64,000 nucleotides of DNA from a virus (taxonomy: Duplodnaviria > Caudoviricetes). Below are positions 20,200 through 30,377 of this stretch, in pieces. The number at the start of each line of letters is the position of its first letter. Positions within the stretch are counted from its first letter, which is position 1. The notes beneath the pieces were generated by a model. That model was not told where the DNA came from and made no database searches. It saw only the letters and a program-made list of their open reading frames with translations. The DNA lies in the IMG/VR virus record IMGVR_UViG_3300028242_000036, positions 8,222 to 72,221 of that record. The stretch is one strand, 5' to 3'. The translations under genes and the position numbers were made by a program.

Positions 20200-20502
20200 T
20201 TAATCTTCGATTGTAATAGTTGCACTTAATATGTCTAAACCATACGGTGCTAATATGCTTTGTAAAACATAGTCCATTTCATCAACCAAAATTCCCTTAT
20301 ATCCCTGAGATTTAACTTTGTGATTAGCTATATCGTGTATAGTAATGGGTTCAGGTATGTTAATGTTAAGCTTATGAGCCATTTGTGTTATACCGTATTT
20401 CATTCCTGCATTAGCACATAAAATTGGTGCATTATGATATTCACTTGCGTATAACATACGAGTTGTTTTACCTGCCTGTCTTGGCAAATTAAAAATTTTC
20501 AT
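20200..20502 (-). CDS. Small P-loop protein (thymidine-kinase-like fragment)
   Basis: PRQAGKTT Walker A and ILVDE Walker B in only 100 aa. Confidence 0.5.
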   Translation of the reverse strand: MKIFNLPRQAGKTTRMLYASEYHNAPILCANAGMKYGITQMAHKLNINIPEPITIHDIANHKVKSQGYKGILVDEMDYVLQSILAPYGLDILSATITIED

Positions 20503-20503
20503 A

Positions 20504-20761
20504 TTATCCCTCGTTTCTCATTATCAAAGGTGCTTTATCACCACCGTAGGGTAATGCTCTAAAAGTATTGTATTCTACCCAATCAATAGCCTCTTCTTCA
20601 GTCCAACCCTCATCAGCCATAAGCTCTTGCACCATCTTATCAAAATCATATATTGCTCTACCGTCAAAGGTAGTGCCAATAATTGAATTGTCATAAGCCT
20701 GATTAATAAAAATGACTGCATCAGGTGGAAGTTTGCTTCTTATTTCTTGATTAACTGACAT
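20504..20761 (-). CDS. Hypothetical protein
   Basis: YDNSIIG, AIYD, EEAIDWVEYN. Confidence 0.6.
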   Translation of the reverse strand: MSVNQEIRSKLPPDAVIFINQAYDNSIIGTTFDGRAIYDFDKMVQELMADEGWTEEEAIDWVEYNTFRALPYGGDKAPLIMRNEG

Positions 20762-20781
20762 CTTTATTTTCCTTTCAAATG

Positions 20782-21891
20782 TTATTTTTTAAATAAATAT
20801 ATACCCTCTTGTTTTTTAAAAGTATTATCATTATGCCCCTGCCCTCTTCTTGTTTGCAGTTTCATTGGAATCTCTTTAACAAATGTAAAACCTGTATTAA
20901 GACTAATATCAATCCACTGATTAACAAACTCTATGTTTTTATTACCAAGTTTGAAATCGGCAATATTAACCGCATAATATCTATCGGGTTTAAGCATATA
21001 ATAAATATTTTCTATAGTAGGTTGTACATAACCAAGAAACCATTTGTCTAATTCGGGAAATTTGTTATAACACTGAGTATTCTCGTTAGAATATTTTTCT
21101 AAATTAAAATACGGAGGGCTACTAAAAGCAAAGTCTATGGTATTTGCTTTAAGTCGTAAATCTTCACTACCTTTACAAGCAATTTTAAAGATATTTTCTC
21201 TATGTGTTGTTTGCTCTATGTATTTACCTAATCTATTTAAATTATTAAAAGTTTCAATACAAGGCTCTACACCAATATATTTATAGTTGTTTTCACTTGT
21301 TAATGCTCCAAGCATACGCCCACCAAAGCCACAAGAATAATCATAAATAATACCATTAGCAGGACAATATTTTTCATATAAAGCTTTTGCTTTCATTGGT
21401 GAAAAGTTAGTAGCCACATTGCCGCCTAACATTTCCAACCCATCTTTAATAGCAGTAGGCACAACAGGATGGGCTACAGATTTATGGTCGAGGCAAAACT
21501 TAATAGCTCGATATAATTTATGGTCATCATAAAATTTATAATACGGAGAGTTATTTTTAACACCCTTACATTCCACTTCATATAAGTTTGGGAATATAAA
21601 TCTACATAAGCTTGCTCCTTGATTAAATTTAATATTTAAAATATCTCCATCCCATTCAATCTTTTTATTTACACACGATTGAATTTCTGTTTTTATACCT
21701 TCATCGTTATAATATGTAATAGGAAAGATGTTCTTAGCTCTATAAATATTAAAAACTTCTTGTATAATTTCTTCTTGCCTTTGAGGGGTTGACTTTATAT
21801 ATTCTTCTTTGGTGTATGATTTTAATTTATCAAGTACATCTTCATAACCACTCGATGCACTTAGTTCACTTTGATAATTCCAATCTATCAT
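20782..21891 (-). CDS. Amino (N4C/N6A)-type SAM-dependent DNA methyltransferase-like protein
   Basis: YDYSCGFGGRMLG (motif I), YIGVEP, FSSPPYFNLEKY (motif IV). Confidence 0.85.
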   Translation of the reverse strand: MIDWNYQSELSASSGYEDVLDKLKSYTKEEYIKSTPQRQEEIIQEVFNIYRAKNIFPITYYNDEGIKTEIQSCVNKKIEWDGDILNIKFNQGASLCRFIFPNLYEVECKGVKNNSPYYKFYDDHKLYRAIKFCLDHKSVAHPVVPTAIKDGLEMLGGNVATNFSPMKAKALYEKYCPANGIIYDYSCGFGGRMLGALTSENNYKYIGVEPCIETFNNLNRLGKYIEQTTHRENIFKIACKGSEDLRLKANTIDFAFSSPPYFNLEKYSNENTQCYNKFPELDKWFLGYVQPTIENIYYMLKPDRYYAVNIADFKLGNKNIEFVNQWIDISLNTGFTFVKEIPMKLQTRRGQGHNDNTFKKQEGIYLFKK

Positions 21892-21948
21892 TTGTTACAT
21901 TTGTTACCTTTCACAGAATTAATAATATTATTTTGTTTATTTGTAAAA

Positions 21949-22806
21949 TTATTTTTTATATCTACTACTAATAATTTTGGGAACAGCACTATTCCAATCT
22001 ACCCTGTGATGTATTCTTGTATTAACTGTATCCATACCAAAAATTTTAACAAACGATGGGTTGGTCATAACACTATAAAAAGACTTTATATATGTTCCAT
22101 TATCTAAATACTCATCGGTCATTCCACCTTTTGTAGTTTGGGTATTCTTTTGTCTTAATGATATATCTCTAATGGTCATAAATAATTTGCCTTGACTACC
22201 CAATGTGCAATATGTATTTACATCTTCATTGATACTTCCAATAAACTTAAAAGGTTTTTCGGTTGTGCAGAAAAATGAGTTCATTGCTTTTCTTTTAATT
22301 TTTGCTTTAGCTAAAGATGAATCTTTCCCACCGATAAAGTCTCCACCCTGTCCAAAAGCAATAGTGTATGCCTTTGACTCATCTAAAAAGTCAATCATAA
22401 TATCTACCAATTCATCAAATTCTTTGACAGGTAATACTTTGAACTTATCATCTTCTTCATAGCGGTACTCAAAACCTGTATAATCGTCATCTAACTGTAA
22501 GAAATATTTATATCCTAATTCTTTAGCAACATCAAAACAAAAATTTCTTGCATACAATATAACTTTTCTTTTATTAAAATTATCACAAGTATCAGTTAAT
22601 TTTGCTTGTTCTTCTTTATTAAAAATTATGATTTTATCTTTGCCATACTTATTAATATATTCGTCAATGGTAGGGTCATCATCACCCAAAATAATATAAT
22701 ATTTGCCTGTGTAATTACTATTTAATAAACTATTTACTGTATACATACTGTTGGCTCTCTTGTATGACAAAATAAACACACAAAAATCACTTCTCACCGT
22801 CAGCAT
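21949..22806 (-). CDS. GT-A fold glycosyltransferase (DNA-modification/GREB1-TAGT-like)
   Basis: FILSYKR, ARN, FLQLDDD, INEDV, GGMTDEY, RIHHRVDWN. Confidence 0.65.
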   Translation of the reverse strand: MLTVRSDFCVFILSYKRANSMYTVNSLLNSNYTGKYYIILGDDDPTIDEYINKYGKDKIIIFNKEEQAKLTDTCDNFNKRKVILYARNFCFDVAKELGYKYFLQLDDDYTGFEYRYEEDDKFKVLPVKEFDELVDIMIDFLDESKAYTIAFGQGGDFIGGKDSSLAKAKIKRKAMNSFFCTTEKPFKFIGSINEDVNTYCTLGSQGKLFMTIRDISLRQKNTQTTKGGMTDEYLDNGTYIKSFYSVMTNPSFVKIFGMDTVNTRIHHRVDWNSAVPKIISSRYKK

Positions 22807-23146
22807 CCTTTCTAATGTCTACAATATCTTTAATTCTTTTGCTCAACCTTACATAACCATTGGCTATAGCATCATCTACATCAATAATGACTAATGCAGA
22901 TTCTTCCATAAGCTCCTGCATTTCCTTGCTTGCGTGGCAATAACATTCTGCTATAACCGAATAATCAAATTTAATATGTCTTGTCGCTGCTAATTTCAAA
23001 AATTCTTTTTCAGTTTCAGACACATTAGAGTTTTCTATATTTTTAATAAGTGCATCATACTTTGTTTTATCTACTGCCTTGCTTTTCTTTTTAAGACCCT
23101 TTGGTGTATATTGTGGAATACATATTTTCTTAGTATATTTAGACAT
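22787..23146 (-). CDS. Conserved glycosyltransferase-associated phage protein
   Basis: FLKLAATRHIKFDY..IAE.Y.HA..EMQ.LMEESALVIID..DAI.NGYV; overlaps the GT gene. Confidence 0.55.
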   Translation of the reverse strand: MSKYTKKICIPQYTPKGLKKKSKAVDKTKYDALIKNIENSNVSETEKEFLKLAATRHIKFDYSVIAECYCHASKEMQELMEESALVIIDVDDAIANGYVRLSKRIKDIVDIRKDADGEK

Positions 23147-23175
23147 ACTAACTTCTCCTTTGTTCTTGTGTAATA

Positions 23176-23748
23176 TTATTTTGTTTGTTTGTGATATACC
23201 TCATATCCCTTGATAATCTCATCAAGTGTTCTCGGTGTATACCTTATCCAATCCATCATACAACCTACATTGTATGCTCTCATAGGAATATCCTGAAGCT
23301 GTCTTGTTTCGTCTAACCAGCTCTCCATAATATTCCACTGATGTGAATTGTGAATATGACCATATAAATGAACACTATCTCTAAACTGACCATTCCAAAA
23401 AGGCATAGGATAATGACTCATAGTGACCTTTGTTGTGCCATCAACAACCTCGGCATAGTTTTCCATTCTATGAAAACACTGATAAAATTCAATACCTGAC
23501 TTATCGTGATTTCCTTTAATCAGGATTTTACGACCCTTAAGCTGTTTAATAATTTCAATAGTCTTATTTGTATCATACCAACTAATATCACCAAGAATAT
23601 ATACTGTATCTTCATTTGACACAACCCTATTCCAATTATCAATTAAAGCCTTATCCATTTCTTCCGTAGTTCTAAACGGTCTATTATCATATCTAATAAT
23701 GTTTTTATGACCAAAATGAAGGTCACTAATATAAAAAATCTTGCTCAC
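23176..23748 (-). CDS. Calcineurin-like metallophosphoesterase
   Basis: ISDLHFGH, LGD, GNHD, SHYP, HLYGHIH. Confidence 0.9.
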   Translation of the reverse strand: MSKIFYISDLHFGHKNIIRYDNRPFRTTEEMDKALIDNWNRVVSNEDTVYILGDISWYDTNKTIEIIKQLKGRKILIKGNHDKSGIEFYQCFHRMENYAEVVDGTTKVTMSHYPMPFWNGQFRDSVHLYGHIHNSHQWNIMESWLDETRQLQDIPMRAYNVGCMMDWIRYTPRTLDEIIKGYEVYHKQTK

Positions 23749-23752
23749 AAAA

Positions 23753-24778
23753 TTACTCCTTTTCTACATACTTAATTTTATATTTCATTAAAAAATTATA
23801 AGTTTTATTATTGGCATCAGCAGGGCTATCCTTTTCACCAAGCAAATTCCATTTGTCCCAAATAAAATATACATTTCTATATTTACAAAACTTTTTGCAT
23901 ATTTCTTTAATATCTTCTTTGCTTTGGTCTTTATCAAGAGCTACAACAACATCACAATTAAGGCTTAATATTAACCCTACTTGCTCATCAGTAATGTTGC
24001 TACCCCCAATAGCCAAACCTGTCCTATCACCCAAAGAAGCTCTAATCAATACACTTTTTTCGGCTTCAAACAGAACACAATATCCTGCTTGTTGTATGTG
24101 TGCATAGTTTTCACAGAAACCATATACACATTTACCTTTTTTAAAGCCTTGATAACTCCAAAACTTTGGAATATCTAACTCTTTGTATAAAGGTATTGAT
24201 GTTCTACCGCTTAGTCCTACAATACCATTTTGATTACGCCAAGGTATGACTGTTCTTTTCCGTTGAAAGTCGTAGCATAACCCAAACTCTCTACGAACCT
24301 TTTCGGTAATACGACCACCACAATAATCTTGATGAATACAATCACCAAAATCAGTTAAAATATCCTCATCATAAACATCAACATCATTGACCACACATTT
24401 GTGTTTAGATTTTAATTTCGAGGTGAAAATTGATAAGGGGTCGTGTTTGGGTTCACTTTTAGGTTTAACCTTTTTGTTACTCCATTCAAGGTTGAGAGTT
24501 TTATGCAACCATTTTAAAGCAGATATAAAATCTATCTGTTTTAATCCCATTACAAGAGCAATAATATCTCCCTGTATCTTTTGACCTGTATACATTTCAA
24601 CAGAAAGATTATCCTTATATACAATAATAGATTGTGGATTATCCCCTTCGGGTCTTGCACACGCAAAATACTTACCTTTATCTTTGATATGATGACATAA
24701 AAGGGCAGTAAGAACTGTCTCAATTTTGTCATTGTTGATTATATATTCTTTCAACTCTTTAATGTCAATAGTTCTCAC
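23753..24778 (-). CDS. dnaG: DNA primase (TOPRIM)
   Basis: GDII, VIPWR, GLSGR, LFEAEKS, VALDKD, DSPAD. Confidence 0.75.
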   Translation of the reverse strand: MRTIDIKELKEYIINNDKIETVLTALLCHHIKDKGKYFACARPEGDNPQSIIVYKDNLSVEMYTGQKIQGDIIALVMGLKQIDFISALKWLHKTLNLEWSNKKVKPKSEPKHDPLSIFTSKLKSKHKCVVNDVDVYDEDILTDFGDCIHQDYCGGRITEKVRREFGLCYDFQRKRTVIPWRNQNGIVGLSGRTSIPLYKELDIPKFWSYQGFKKGKCVYGFCENYAHIQQAGYCVLFEAEKSVLIRASLGDRTGLAIGGSNITDEQVGLILSLNCDVVVALDKDQSKEDIKEICKKFCKYRNVYFIWDKWNLLGEKDSPADANNKTYNFLMKYKIKYVEKE

Positions 24779-24802
24779 CGCCTTAACTTAATTACATATA
24801 TT

Positions 24803-24831
24803 ATTATAATATTATTTTGTTTGTTTGTCAA
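24803..24831 (-). promoter_or_regulatory. Sigma-A promoter
   Basis: TTGACA-AACAAACAAAATAATAT-TATAAT. Confidence 0.85.
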
Positions 24832-24846
24832 TGTGCATATTGCACA
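24832..24846. promoter_or_regulatory. Palindromic operator-like site
   Basis: TGTGCA-TAT-TGCACA abutting the -35 box; recurs at other promoters. Confidence 0.6.
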
Positions 24847-24851
24847 AAGAT

Positions 24852-25235
24852 TTATTCTTTTTCCTTTAAAACTTTAGGTATATAAAATCTCTTATTATGA
24901 TATTGTTCTTGTCTCCTAACATCGCCCAATACCTGTGTAAGTTGCTTTATAACCTGCTTATTTTTTTGGTCATTCAGGAACTTAATAATAGGCTCATATT
25001 CTTCAACTCTATCTTTGTAGTATCGTCTATCCTTACGATTCATAGCAAGCTTTGTAGCCACCTTATTTCTTTCTTCATATCTTAAATCATCAAGTTCAAG
25101 ACTATGCAGGTAATCTTGTGTAAGCTGTTCCTGTCTTTTCATTTCAGCCAAGCAGAAATTATAAGATGATTCTACTGAAGATAAAAAGTTAAGAAATTCA
25201 CTAATATATTCTGAAGGGTTTTTAGGGTCAATCAT
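24852..25235 (-). CDS. Hypothetical coiled-coil protein
   Basis: QDYLHSLE...RRYYKD...YIPKVL. Confidence 0.65.
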   Translation of the reverse strand: MIDPKNPSEYISEFLNFLSSVESSYNFCLAEMKRQEQLTQDYLHSLELDDLRYEERNKVATKLAMNRKDRRYYKDRVEEYEPIIKFLNDQKNKQVIKQLTQVLGDVRRQEQYHNKRFYIPKVLKEKE

Positions 25236-25268
25236 TTTGTTTCTCTCCTTAAAATTTAAATTTAATTT

Positions 25269-25646
25269 TTAAAAATATTCAGGCAACCAATCTGAATTTT
25301 CTTCACACCATTCCACAAAAGCTTGTTTCCTTTGGTTTTTATATTCTTCAGATTTTCGCTTTGATAATTCCATATTATCTTGAATATATTGCCACATTAG
25401 TTTTTTAAGAGGGGGTGGCATTTTAATACCAGTATTACGATTTATAATTATTCCTGCCTTTAATTGTTTTTCAGTTGCAATCAAATATTGTGGCATCTCC
25501 CACTTACCATTGGTAAATCTAATAAGACAATCTTGACACCAATATTCTTCGTGTAATAAATCAGGATAATCCAAATCCCAACCACCAATACTATAATACT
25601 CATATGAATTATCTCTCATTTCTTTATTGCAATTAGGACATTTCAT
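25269..25646 (-). CDS. Hypothetical protein with CxxC pairs
   Basis: MKCPNC...WCQDC. Confidence 0.6.
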   Translation of the reverse strand: MKCPNCNKEMRDNSYEYYSIGGWDLDYPDLLHEEYWCQDCLIRFTNGKWEMPQYLIATEKQLKAGIIINRNTGIKMPPPLKKLMWQYIQDNMELSKRKSEEYKNQRKQAFVEWCEENSDWLPEYF

Positions 25647-25658
25647 ATTTTGTACCTC

Positions 25659-26582
25659 TTAATGTGCGTTCTTATCTGCTTCGTGAAGTAACATTATATC
25701 CTTATATAAATCCTCACCCCAAAGTTTACGATATTTGTTTAATGTTTTTTCTTCTTTAATAAAATACGGTTGCATATGCCAACGAATAAGAGTTGCAACA
25801 GTTAACGAGCTTATATCATCAGTTCCCCAAAAGAAACTATTATATGAACCTGTATACTGATGGTCGTAATAGTGTGCCTCTTTAGTGGTTTCACCTTTTG
25901 TGTTTTTAAATGTTTTACAGAAAGGTTTGCCACAATCGTGTAACATTGTAGCACATCTTAATGCAACATTATGAAGCTCATAATCCTTTTGATGTGTAGA
26001 AACATAATCCCAAGCTTTATTACAATGTTCACCAAGAGTTAATTGATGATGTGAGTTATGTTGGTCATCAAATTTATAATGATTTAAGAAACCATAAGGT
26101 GTACCATAATATTTTTTATGTGTTTCATCAATATAAATAACTTCAATATCATCCCAACCCTCATACCAATAAGGCACATCGAAATGTCTATACATTCTTT
26201 CAATAACCTCTTCGGGAACTTTTCTATCTCTATAAAATCTGTTATTCTTTAAACACACTTCGTAAGGTGTAGCCATAAAAATACAAATCTTTTCACAAGG
26301 AATTTTATTAAGTTCATTTAAGAAAGCCATACGGCGTTTATAGTTAATATTGGTTGCATCATATATACAATTTTTACCGTTTGTTAAATCCTCTTTAACA
26401 CGGCTATGTAAGGTTTTAAATACCAAATCATTAATATTCTGATTGTTAATATTTCCCGACAGCTCTTCTCTAATAGCATCACTTGCGTGAATATTGGCAT
26501 CGTATTTGTCGGCAAGCTCTTTAGCATAGGTTGATTTACCGCTTGCAGGTAAACCTACGAGCATAATAAATGTAGGTGTCAT
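25659..26582 (-). CDS. Polynucleotide kinase-like AAA + HD domain protein
   Basis: VGLPASGKST, IYDATN..YKRR, HHQLTLGEH, LHDCGKP, HMQPY, HEADKNAH. Confidence 0.85.
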   Translation of the reverse strand: MTPTFIMLVGLPASGKSTYAKELADKYDANIHASDAIREELSGNINNQNINDLVFKTLHSRVKEDLTNGKNCIYDATNINYKRRMAFLNELNKIPCEKICIFMATPYEVCLKNNRFYRDRKVPEEVIERMYRHFDVPYWYEGWDDIEVIYIDETHKKYYGTPYGFLNHYKFDDQHNSHHQLTLGEHCNKAWDYVSTHQKDYELHNVALRCATMLHDCGKPFCKTFKNTKGETTKEAHYYDHQYTGSYNSFFWGTDDISSLTVATLIRWHMQPYFIKEEKTLNKYRKLWGEDLYKDIMLLHEADKNAH

Positions 26583-26584
26583 AT

Positions 26585-26791
26585 TTAACCTTCTTTCTTA
26601 AATACATTTTCAAATTGTTCTGTATATATGACAATGATTCTACTGTCATATTCACCACTTCTTATCTTTTTCCAAACTTCTTTTTCAGAGATAGCGTTTT
26701 TATTAAATATGGCTGTCTTTTCTACTTCGTAAGAACCGCCTACTGTTTCAGTAAAATCCATTCTCATAATATCTTCTAATATCCAAGTCAT
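26585..26791 (-). CDS. Hypothetical protein
   Basis: Short ORF in operon. Confidence 0.55.
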   Translation of the reverse strand: MTWILEDIMRMDFTETVGGSYEVEKTAIFNKNAISEKEVWKKIRSGEYDSRIIVIYTEQFENVFKKEG

Positions 26792-26794
26792 ATC

Positions 26795-27601
26795 TTACTC
26801 TCCAATCTCTTTTTTAAATGAAAATTTTAAAACTTCAATAAGAACATTATTCATAATATCCTCAACCTCTGTATCAATAACAACAGGGTTCTTATCCATA
26901 TAGTCTTGCTTTGTAAGCTTAACAAGACATTCAACATTCTTTGCTATCTGCCTTGCCTCTTCTAACGAATGGATATATTCAGATTTAACATTGATTAAAT
27001 ACTGAGGATTAGTAGGAATAAGACATTCTTCATAAGGTACACCGTTGATATATCTTCTTAAAAATTCTTCACATCTTAAAATATGATGAAGCTGTTTATT
27101 GTCATATCCGTACTTCTCAATCTTATCTTTAAGTGTAGGATAAGGATGTTCCATTGCTTTATGTTTTTCAAATACCATACCTGCAATACAGTTTACAGAA
27201 GCATAATTATTATAATGAGCAATACGCTCTCTATTATCAAACATAGGCTGATAAATTTCTTTGTAATCAACATTTAAACATCTATACTTGGTAAACAAGA
27301 TTTCAATAAAATTGATGTTCTGCTTGCGGAAACATTCGTGCATAAGCCTAATATCTTTTAAATCAATATGTTCATTTGAAGGAAGAATTAAGGTTGTACT
27401 TACAGGCTTACGGTTAAGCACAAAATCTTCAAATGACGGAATAATAATTGCTTTAGTATCAATATCACTACCCTCATAATCAAGATTATAGTTCTGAGAG
27501 CCTTGCAGAAATACACCAAGCACATTATAACCAAGACTTTTAACATATTTATAATCATCAAAAAGTCTCCAATTTATTTTTGTCTCTCGTTCTAATGTCA
27601 T
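26795..27601 (-). CDS. Pol-beta superfamily nucleotidyltransferase
   Basis: GSQNYNLDYEGSDIDTK, KQNINFIEILF, KQLHHILR. Confidence 0.8.
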   Translation of the reverse strand: MTLERETKINWRLFDDYKYVKSLGYNVLGVFLQGSQNYNLDYEGSDIDTKAIIIPSFEDFVLNRKPVSTTLILPSNEHIDLKDIRLMHECFRKQNINFIEILFTKYRCLNVDYKEIYQPMFDNRERIAHYNNYASVNCIAGMVFEKHKAMEHPYPTLKDKIEKYGYDNKQLHHILRCEEFLRRYINGVPYEECLIPTNPQYLINVKSEYIHSLEEARQIAKNVECLVKLTKQDYMDKNPVVIDTEVEDIMNNVLIEVLKFSFKKEIGE

Positions 27602-27635
27602 ATCGTTAACTCCTTTGTTTCATATTACATTTATT

Positions 27636-27664
27636 ATTATAATATTATTTTATTCATTTGTCAA
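27636..27664 (-). promoter_or_regulatory. Sigma-A promoter
   Basis: TTGACA-AATGAATAAAATAATAT-TATAAT. Confidence 0.85.
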
Positions 27665-27723
27665 GATATGTCAGTCATATTCTACCTTTTGCATAAAAAT
27701 AATAAAAGAAACAATATGATATT

Positions 27724-27738
27724 TGTGCAATTTGTACA
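27724..27738. promoter_or_regulatory. Palindromic operator-like site inside a long inverted repeat
   Basis: TGTGCA-ATT-TGTACA flanked by AAAGAAACAATAT/ATATTGTTTCTTT. Confidence 0.55.
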
Positions 27739-27760
27739 TCAATATTGTTTCTTTAATTTA

Positions 27761-27961
27761 TTATTCAACTACTATTAATCTTTCCTTAATACAATCAATG
27801 CAAAGTTCTTCGCTCTCAAATTCATAAAGCTCGTCTACTTCGTCTTTGCACTCATCACAGATATATACTCTTTGATTTTGTAACGGACAGTTGTTACCAA
27901 GGCAAGGATATGCAGGAACGGCACAGTCGCAACATTCATTTCTTATTTCAATCATTATCAC
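27761..27961 (-). CDS. Cys-rich hypothetical protein
   Basis: CCDC, CLGNNCP, CDEC, CIDC. Confidence 0.65.
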   Translation of the reverse strand: MIMIEIRNECCDCAVPAYPCLGNNCPLQNQRVYICDECKDEVDELYEFESEELCIDCIKERLIVVE

Positions 27962-28491
27962 ACTCTCCTAAAAATACTATCATTTGCAGGTTGAAAATCT
28001 TCCATCCATTCTCTATGTATCACATTAAATCCTTGTGTTTTTTCTGTATATAAATTGTCAAATACATAAAGTCGGTTACTTGCTAATTGACAAATATCTT
28101 TTCTATCCTTAATACCATCAAACACTAACGCATCTGCTTTTGTTTTTATTGATATACTTATACCGTCAATATCTCTTATGGTGTTGTACTGTAGATATTT
28201 AGCAAGTTCCACAGCATTTGTATAAACATAAATGTTTTTGATATTCTTATATTTATGTTTATAATATGTGGCAATTTCACAAGGATTTGTAAAAGCAAAA
28301 GGTTCTCCACCTGTTAAGCAAAGTGTTTCAGCTTCTTTTAATTCCTCATCGGTCACATAGGGTATATCGTTTAAATCATATTGCTTATTACAACAATGTT
28401 TACAACTTCTACTACATAAAGATGTTACCATTATGTGAATTATTTTTTTGGTGATTTCAGTTTTTTCATTCAATTTTGTTCTCTGTGTCAT
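27958..28491 (-). CDS. Short radical SAM / 4Fe-4S protein
   Basis: CSRSCKHCC, LTGGEPF, YTN. Confidence 0.8.
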   Translation of the reverse strand: MTQRTKLNEKTEITKKIIHIMVTSLCSRSCKHCCNKQYDLNDIPYVTDEELKEAETLCLTGGEPFAFTNPCEIATYYKHKYKNIKNIYVYTNAVELAKYLQYNTIRDIDGISISIKTKADALVFDGIKDRKDICQLASNRLYVFDNLYTEKTQGFNVIHREWMEDFQPANDSIFRRV

Positions 28492-28497
28492 ACTAAA

Positions 28498-28833
28498 TCA
28501 CCCACCATTTCTTTTACTTTGAATTTCTATAAGAAGCTCTTCCACATTATCTCGCCATTGGTCAGCTAAATTTTGTTTTTCGGCTACCAAATCTTCTAAC
28601 CTCTCAATCTCTGCCTTTTGGTGGTTGAATACATTGAAAACCTCTCGTTCTAAATCAAATCCTTTTGTTCTTATAATACATTCATCTTCAATTTGACAAG
28701 GACAATTATCACATCCACCAAAGTCACTTATATTACAACAAGCATAAGCCTGAATAATCTGTTCATCTGTCATTCTTGGTGTATCATTATCAATATGACC
28801 GTCAATTAAACTTACACTACCCATTATCAACAC
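28498..28833 (-). CDS. Hypothetical protein
   Basis: CDNCPC, QKAEIERL. Confidence 0.6.
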   Translation of the reverse strand: MLIMGSVSLIDGHIDNDTPRMTDEQIIQAYACCNISDFGGCDNCPCQIEDECIIRTKGFDLEREVFNVFNHQKAEIERLEDLVAEKQNLADQWRDNVEELLIEIQSKRNGG

Positions 28834-28970
28834 CTTCTTTCTTATTACCTACATACTTTTCTTTTTGTTGCTGTTTGCTTAATTTACGATTAAGTATTCG
28901 GTCAACTCTTGTTTCACCGTATTTATCGGGACAGTATTCTCTTTGTTCATAACGCTCACGAAGCTTAAAA

Positions 28971-29390
28971 TCAAGGTCTTTCATTAGCACCATCCATTTT
29001 TGCACCACAGTTAGGGCAGTAGTTCATTCCTACTTCGTCGAGATTAGCAACTGCAAAACTACATAAGTTACATCTATATGCCTTATCACCTATTAGCGTA
29101 TATCCAAAGTAATGCCACTCACCGTGTCTAACCTCAACCATATCAACACTCTCAATCGTTTCAATAACCTTTACAGCTTTAATTTTACCGCTTTCAAGAA
29201 GCTCTTCCCCTCTATACCAAGATTTACGGAAAGAGGCTTCTGCTTTATTCTTGCCAAGATATGTCTTGATAGCTGTATTACCAATGTTGTCTATGGGTTT
29301 AAATTCATAGTTTCTTGCTAAACCACAGAATATATCGGTATCGTCACGAATAATTACCCATCGTTCTCTTGATATTTTCATAATTATCAC
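28971..29390 (-). CDS. Hypothetical protein with C-terminal Zn ribbon
   Basis: VRHGEW...CNLC...YCPNCGAKMD. Confidence 0.65.
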   Translation of the reverse strand: MIIMKISRERWVIIRDDTDIFCGLARNYEFKPIDNIGNTAIKTYLGKNKAEASFRKSWYRGEELLESGKIKAVKVIETIESVDMVEVRHGEWHYFGYTLIGDKAYRCNLCSFAVANLDEVGMNYCPNCGAKMDGANERP

Positions 29391-29393
29391 CCC

Positions 29394-29792
29394 TTATTCA
29401 ATAAAAGGTAGATTCATATAAATATCACTCGGCACATTATTTTTCCAAACATAGTTATTTTTAATAATATAATTATTGTAAGTAGAAGCTGTCTTATTAG
29501 CTCTCATTTTTGCCTGTTCAGCCCAAGACTGCTTTTCTTCATTATCACTATCTTTATACTGCTCGTAGGTCATCTTGTCAGAGTTATAACTTGAAATCAT
29601 AGAACGACAAGTATCTTCAACCTTTTTACGAGTTTCATAATTGGTGTTATCATCTGCTACCTGAACAGCGTGAAACCAAGTATTCCACATTGCCTTGCCT
29701 GTCGGTGTTGCATTAAAGAATATAGACGAACCGACAAGAGCCACAAGAACAAGTGTAAGTATAACTGCACCAATCTTATTCATTTGTTGCAC
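29394..29792 (-). CDS. Membrane-anchored hypothetical protein
   Basis: N-terminal hydrophobic helix. Confidence 0.65.
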   Translation of the reverse strand: MQQMNKIGAVILTLVLVALVGSSIFFNATPTGKAMWNTWFHAVQVADDNTNYETRKKVEDTCRSMISSYNSDKMTYEQYKDSDNEEKQSWAEQAKMRANKTASTYNNYIIKNNYVWKNNVPSDIYMNLPFIE

Positions 29793-30354
29793 CTACCTTT
29801 AATACAGGATTTTCAACCTCAAAGGGAATATCTGAATAGAGATAAGTTCCTGTCCATTCGATATACTTACCGTCAGGTGTAAAGAAGAAAATACCTGCAT
29901 CATTTTCACCGTATGAACCGTCAACATCGGAAAGCCATTCATTGTAATATGTGCTTGTTGCACCTGTGGCTATTTCGTAATATTCAGTATCAGGTGTAAG
30001 AAACGAATTAAGACTTGACACCTTACCGTCAACTACAAAATTGCTTATAACCGCACCACTTTCACCAAAAAGAACGATATAACCTAAAGGCTTTTCTACT
30101 TCACAAGGCAGTGCATTTGCCTTTTCTCTCTGTCCATTTACCCAATATGCTCTACGGATAAGATTATATCTTTCAAGAGAATAATTAATATCTGTAGGGG
30201 TGGGCTGATTTGTTGAAAGCTTGTCAGCTATTGCGATTGTTGATTCCTTATCGTCTCTTCTGCCCGAAACTGAATCGCAAGCTACAAAACAGAATGATAC
30301 CATAATTGCTACTAATACTACTGCGATAATCTTTTTCATTATTAATTCCTCCAA
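29776..30354 (-). CDS. Putative lipoprotein
   Basis: MKKIIAVVLVAIMVSFCFVAC signal peptide with lipobox-like Cys. Confidence 0.65.
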   Translation of the reverse strand: MEELIMKKIIAVVLVAIMVSFCFVACDSVSGRRDDKESTIAIADKLSTNQPTPTDINYSLERYNLIRRAYWVNGQREKANALPCEVEKPLGYIVLFGESGAVISNFVVDGKVSSLNSFLTPDTEYYEIATGATSTYYNEWLSDVDGSYGENDAGIFFFTPDGKYIEWTGTYLYSDIPFEVENPVLKVGATNE

Positions 30355-30377
30355 TATTTTAAATTTAAATTTTAATT

